The position numbers and the translations under genes were made by a program. A stretch of 64,000 nt of DNA. Origin: Candidatus Omnitrophota bacterium (GTDB lineage: Bacteria > Omnitrophota > Gorgyraeia > Zapsychrales > Zapsychraceae). How positions within the stretch are numbered: the stretch's first letter is position 1; every line of letters begins with the position of its first letter. Below are positions 60,171 to 64,000 of this stretch, one piece after another. The notes below the pieces were generated by a model. It had not been told where the DNA came from. It did not search any database and saw only the letters and a list, made by a program, of their open reading frames with translations. The stretch lies in assembly GCA_035292445.1 (NCBI GenBank), contig DATDQB010000003.1, forward strand, positions 9,692-73,691, given 5' to 3'.

Positions 60171-60620
60171 TAGCTTTCAGTCGTCAGTCATCAGTCTTCA
60201 GACGTCATCAGCATGATTTATTTCAAATATTTAGATAAACCAGAAATCATAGCAGAAATCTCATCACATTCGTTTGATAAATAGCCGATATCATCGTGAC
60301 TAAAGTAATTTAATCTACCCGCTATCTCAATAGCACAATTCACTTCATACGATGATCTAAGTGCAATGTTTAAAAACCTATTAAATTCTATGTCCGACCT
60401 GGATCCGGATCCTTCGGCTATATTCAAAGATATGGAAATAGCCGCTCTGCGTATTTGTGAAACCAATCCATAGGTTTCATTGGGAGGAAAGTTAACTGTT
60501 AACTTATAAATTACCGAGATAAAATCCATCGAGCGTTTCCATACATCTAATTTTCTGAACTTTTGATTGTGCATTTTACTTTTCTTCCTTCTGATGGCTG
60601 ACGTCTGACGTCTGACGACT
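60171..60620. repeat. inverted heptamer arrays flanking four-helix-bundle gene
   Basis: cagtcgt-cagtcat-cagtctt-cagacgt (60178-60205) and ctgatgg-ctgacgt-ctgacgt-ctgacga (60591-60618). Confidence 0.8.
60218..60574 (-). CDS. four-helix-bundle (23S rRNA IVP-like) protein
   Basis: LDVWK...FP..E.YGL.SQIRRAAISI..NIAEG. Confidence 0.92.
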   Translation of the reverse strand: MHNQKFRKLDVWKRSMDFISVIYKLTVNFPPNETYGLVSQIRRAAISISLNIAEGSGSRSDIEFNRFLNIALRSSYEVNCAIEIAGRLNYFSHDDIGYLSNECDEISAMISGLSKYLK

Positions 60621-62201
60621 TTCTACAATTTTTTTAGAGAACTCGCCGCCCGTGAGCGCATCAATTAAAGCCGTCAATTCATCAACGCGCATTTGCTTGT
60701 CAAATGTGACGTACGGGTCGGCCTGTGGCATTTGCAGCTCCATCTGCAGCCGGCGGCGCTCGAAATAAAGCCGGGTGATCTGGTCCAGAATATCTTCCCT
60801 CAACTCGACCATGAGCTTCGCCCGTGAATCGATCGTCGTTTGGTCTGTGCTCCAAATAAAATCGCTCAAATCCCAGGAAACGGAAACATCCCACTCGAGA
60901 AAATCGTCGCCTTTGACCAGCTCATCCGGACTTTGACCCGTATCCCAGTGCAACCGCTCCGTAGCGCTGCGATCCACCCCGGCCGAAAGGCTTGGAAGAA
61001 CCGTTTTCCACCGTGCCTGCCTTTGCCAATCTTTGATTTTTTGAGGATGGACATCGGCATAATCGATCGCCATTTCATGCACTTCTTTGATAGGCGGCTC
61101 ATGGCCAAAGATCTGGTTGAGCTTGGCGTAATCACCTTTAACCGGGAAATCAGAAACGGGAAGCGTCGGCTCTATGGAAATGTGATATAACCCTTCATTC
61201 GTCGCAGCGTACACTTGGCCATCCAACCCCAACGCCAGATCATGGATCACGTTCGTTGCCATTCCCTTATAAACAGGAGTTACTCCCCCGTTCTCATAGA
61301 GGAACGCTCCCCGTTCTGTCGCAATGACGAACCCCATGCAGGCTAACAGGTCCGTATCACACTGACCGTGGCTTTGATCCCTAAAAGCAATAACGGTGGT
61401 GAGCCGCTCAAGCGGGATAGAATCAACGACTAACGCCAGCCATTGATGACTATCCTCTATATTAGAGAAGATACCTTTCCTCGAGCCAACCAACAGGATG
61501 TTATTTGCCCCGGTAAATAATTGAAGCGTTTTGATCGTGCCCGAAGCGTCTTCTTCCTCTTCAGAAGTTTCCGGGCCCAAAGAAAATATCTCGGCATAAT
61601 CAAAGGTTGCTTTGTTTATCCTGAAAACATCTGATGTATCGGCGGCGTAAACGAAATTCTTGCCGACAACGATATCGCTAATGGGTAGATCGCTTAACTC
61701 TCCCTTCATCTTTTGCCATCTCGGCTGAGAAAAACCCTTATAAAATAACCCCTTGCGCGTCCCTAAATATAAACGATCTTCATCCGCTGCCACAGCCGTA
61801 CACTGGCGTTCATTCTCATCAGAAGAATGGAATATACGCTCCCAGTGGAGCCCCTTGTCATCACTTTGGTACAGGCCATTGCCGGTAGCGGCAAATATGA
61901 CTGAAGGCCTGTACCTTGCAAAACCAATATCATTAATGCTGCTTTTCTCTCCTTGCAGGTTTAATAAAACTTGATGGGTTTTTTGGGTAAGGTTTAATTG
62001 GTAAAGGGATTTATCGGTGCCGTAATAAAGAAGGTTGGGATCGGTAGGGTCAACGGAAACGCTCAGGATTGTTGCATCGTATCCCGAATAAGCGATTTTG
62101 TTCCACTCAAAATGAGGAGAACTAAAGCCAAGGCCGCTAAGGCCGGCCACCAGCATCAACGTTATGATTTTACATCTGTTTATGGTCCCCACAACACGCA
62201 T
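60576..62201 (-). CDS. exported beta-propeller protein with helical C-terminal domain (TolC-repeat-like)
   Basis: BNR-like SDDKGLHW, repeated GT.KGL blades; C-term LPSLS...VSWDLSD...ITRLYFERRRLQ. Confidence 0.65.
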   Translation of the reverse strand: MRVVGTINRCKIITLMLVAGLSGLGFSSPHFEWNKIAYSGYDATILSVSVDPTDPNLLYYGTDKSLYQLNLTQKTHQVLLNLQGEKSSINDIGFARYRPSVIFAATGNGLYQSDDKGLHWERIFHSSDENERQCTAVAADEDRLYLGTRKGLFYKGFSQPRWQKMKGELSDLPISDIVVGKNFVYAADTSDVFRINKATFDYAEIFSLGPETSEEEEDASGTIKTLQLFTGANNILLVGSRKGIFSNIEDSHQWLALVVDSIPLERLTTVIAFRDQSHGQCDTDLLACMGFVIATERGAFLYENGGVTPVYKGMATNVIHDLALGLDGQVYAATNEGLYHISIEPTLPVSDFPVKGDYAKLNQIFGHEPPIKEVHEMAIDYADVHPQKIKDWQRQARWKTVLPSLSAGVDRSATERLHWDTGQSPDELVKGDDFLEWDVSVSWDLSDFIWSTDQTTIDSRAKLMVELREDILDQITRLYFERRRLQMELQMPQADPYVTFDKQMRVDELTALIDALTGGEFSKKIVESRQTSDVSHQKEEK

Positions 62202-62457
62202 CCTTGTAGATTTTCTCTACGCTCATTAGGGAAAGCGCTTTGGTCACCGCGAGGCTCAATTTGGGGTTATGCTGATCGACGGTGCGTACATACCCATCCA
62301 AATACTCGTGCATGGCCTCAATCCCCAGTTCTTTTTTCATGCTTCGTAAAATCCGCATCGCTGTGTAGATGGCGATCGAATTATCTTTACGCGTGAAAAA
62401 ATTGGGGAACGCGTCAGGGGGATGATTTTGATTGATATTTGATTCGTTTATAGGCAT
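62170..62457 (-). CDS. hypothetical protein
   Basis: GGAGG RBS before ATG 62457. Confidence 0.65.
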   Translation of the reverse strand: MPINESNINQNHPPDAFPNFFTRKDNSIAIYTAMRILRSMKKELGIEAMHEYLDGYVRTVDQHNPKLSLAVTKALSLMSVEKIYKDACCGDHKQM

Positions 62458-62485
62458 GATTTGAACAACCTCCAAAACTAAATGA

Positions 62486-62514
62486 AGTGTAACATTAATT
62501 TGATTATTTGTCAA
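62486..62514 (-). promoter_or_regulatory. leftward sigma70 promoter
   Basis: TTGACA-N17-TACACT with TG extension. Confidence 0.7.
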
Positions 62515-62642
62515 ATTTTATTTGATTGTTAATCAATATATAACTACTTGAAATTATTAATTTTACAACATTCAATAAAATATTTTAAAAATTTTATAAG
62601 AAATACTTTGATTTTTACTAAATTTTATTGACTAATCATCAA
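62500..62642. promoter_or_regulatory. three TTGA-N7-TCAA candidate operators
   Basis: 62500-62514, 62522-62536, 62628-62642. Confidence 0.65.
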
Positions 62643-62655
62643 ATTATGATATGCT
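62628..62655 (+). promoter_or_regulatory. rightward sigma70 promoter
   Basis: TTGACT-N16-TATGCT with TG extension. Confidence 0.55.
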
Positions 62656-62701
62656 AGTTTCAGGTTAATTTCCCCATTAACCCTCAAATAAGGAACGGAC
62701 C

Positions 62702-63253
62702 ATGTATATAGGAAAACGTATGCAGGAGCTTAGGAAGGCCAGGGACATGACCCTTTCGGAATTATCCGAAAATAGCGGCGTTCAGATCGCCACCCTAAGC
62801 CGGATGGAGAACAACAAAATGACCGGCACCCTGGAGTCCCACATGAACATCGCCAAGGCCCTGGGCGTGGACGTCACTCAGCTCTACAGTGATATTATTA
62901 GAGTAGAGAGTAAAGTCGATATCCAAAAAACCCCCTCTTCTTCCGATGTCTTTGTCCATAGTGATAAGTCGTCTTATGAAATGCTTACCACTAAGGTCCT
63001 GTCCAAGAAAATGATGCCGATCCTATTGAAACTTGAGCCTGGTGGGCAAACGGCCCCTGAGGAAAACAAGCTTGGGACGGAAAAATTTATCTATACCCTG
63101 GAAGGAAAGGTCGAAGTTACGATCGGCAAAGATAGCTATTCGCTGTCTAAAGGAAATACGCTGTACTTTGATGCATCATTAAAACATTTTTTCGTTAATG
63201 AAGGCAAATCAACGGCAAAATTAGTGTGTGTCATAACCCCACCAGCATTATAA
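62702..63253 (+). CDS. XRE-family HTH regulator with cupin domain
   Basis: TLSELSENSGV...LSRMEN...IAKALGV; cupin EGKVEV...LYFDASLKH. Confidence 0.92.
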   Translation: MYIGKRMQELRKARDMTLSELSENSGVQIATLSRMENNKMTGTLESHMNIAKALGVDVTQLYSDIIRVESKVDIQKTPSSSDVFVHSDKSSYEMLTTKVLSKKMMPILLKLEPGGQTAPEENKLGTEKFIYTLEGKVEVTIGKDSYSLSKGNTLYFDASLKHFFVNEGKSTAKLVCVITPPAL

Positions 63254-63263
63254 GGAGACTGAA

Positions 63264-63623
63264 ATGGCTAAAAAGATTCTCATTTGCGATGATGAAGAAG
63301 GAATCCGTGAATCCCTGAAACTCATCCTCGCGGACCATTATGAACTTGTTTTAACCGGAAGCGGGGCGCAGTGCTTGGAATGCCTTAAAAACGACCCCAC
63401 CATCAAGATAGTGCTCATGGATATCAAGATGCCCAAGACCAACGGGCTGGATATCCTGAAAGAAATCAAACAAAAATATGTCGACATGAAAGTCATTATC
63501 ATCACCGGCTACAAATCCGTTGAAACCGCCTCCGAAGCCGCCCGCCTGGGAGCGGATGGATATATTGTGAAGCCGTTTAAGTCGGAAGAAATACAAAAAA
63601 TTGTTAAAGAGCACTTATGTTAG
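63264..63623 (+). CDS. single-domain response regulator
   Basis: CDDE, MDIKMP, VKPF. Confidence 0.9.
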   Translation: MAKKILICDDEEGIRESLKLILADHYELVLTGSGAQCLECLKNDPTIKIVLMDIKMPKTNGLDILKEIKQKYVDMKVIIITGYKSVETASEAARLGADGYIVKPFKSEEIQKIVKEHLC

Positions 63624-64000
63624 AACCATCTTTTCTTACTCTCTCGTATATAATATGCGCTATTGTAATATTTTTATTTGGCACGTTTATACTGATTAAG
63701 TCTCCTCGCAATAATTTAAATCTAATCTACTTTCTCCTCTGCACCTCAGTTTCACTTTGGTTATTCTTCTATGGAATTACAAGAATATCTTTCAACGCCT
63801 TTCCATTACCCTCTATGCTCCTAACAAAATTAGCATATTGTGGAGTTACATTTATTCCTATATTTACTTTTCATTATTTGTATATTTTTACAAAACGTGA
63901 AAAATTTAAATATTTATTATATCTTGCCTATTTATTTGGTTTTATAAGTTCCTATTTCATATTCCATTCAAAATTAATTATTGATGGGACTAACCAATTT
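63617..64000 (+). CDS. membrane sensor N-terminus (HisKA_7TM-like), partial
   Basis: Manual translation MLEPSFLTLSYIICAIVIFLFG...SLW...FIPIFTFHY, open to window end. Confidence 0.65.
   Translation, partial: MLEPSFLTLSYIICAIVIFLFGTFILIKSPRNNLNLIYFLLCTSVSLWLFFYGITRISFNAFPLPSMLLTKLAYCGVTFIPIFTFHYLYIFTKREKFKYLLYLAYLFGFISSYFIFHSKLIIDGTNQF

Noticed and set aside
60218-60574. DGR accessory (Avd-like) gene
   Set aside because: No reverse transcriptase or adenine-specific TR/VR pair seen

Overview
Bacterial chromosomal window, almost all on the minus strand. Gene content (Tad-type ATPase, several TMTC-like GT-C/TPR proteins, many stand-alone receiver domains, PEP-CTERM, spoVG) suggests a diderm PVC-type organism such as Omnitrophota; this is inference only. 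Left to right: partial CpaF/TadA ATPase, M16 peptidase and tRNA-Ser(GGA); a ~20 kb envelope block with six GT-C glycosyltransferases around a 2024-aa Cys-rich subtilase; tRNA-Ser(CGA), a degenerate tyrosine-recombinase-like gene and an HD-GYP protein; tRNA-Ser(TGA) with a hairpin-flanked GIY-YIG cassette and a 5' tRNA-Ser fragment; a type IV pilus/T2SS-like operon interleaved with a Ser/Thr kinase, FHA-GAF histidine kinase, metallophosphoesterase and receivers; serS and polysaccharide-modification genes; an AT-richer island (MazEF-like TA, two RAYT-like HUH transposases, candidate immunity genes, an Rhs toxin split over two separately signal-peptide-bearing genes); spoVG, four-helix-bundle gene and a divergent XRE switch. 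Best candidates for undescribed biology: the bipartite Rhs system, a covarying hairpin family at tRNA-Ser ends with the GIY-YIG cassette, the kinase-wired pilus operon and the giant C-[HYF]-x-C repeat protease. All calls are from motif reading; no searches were run.
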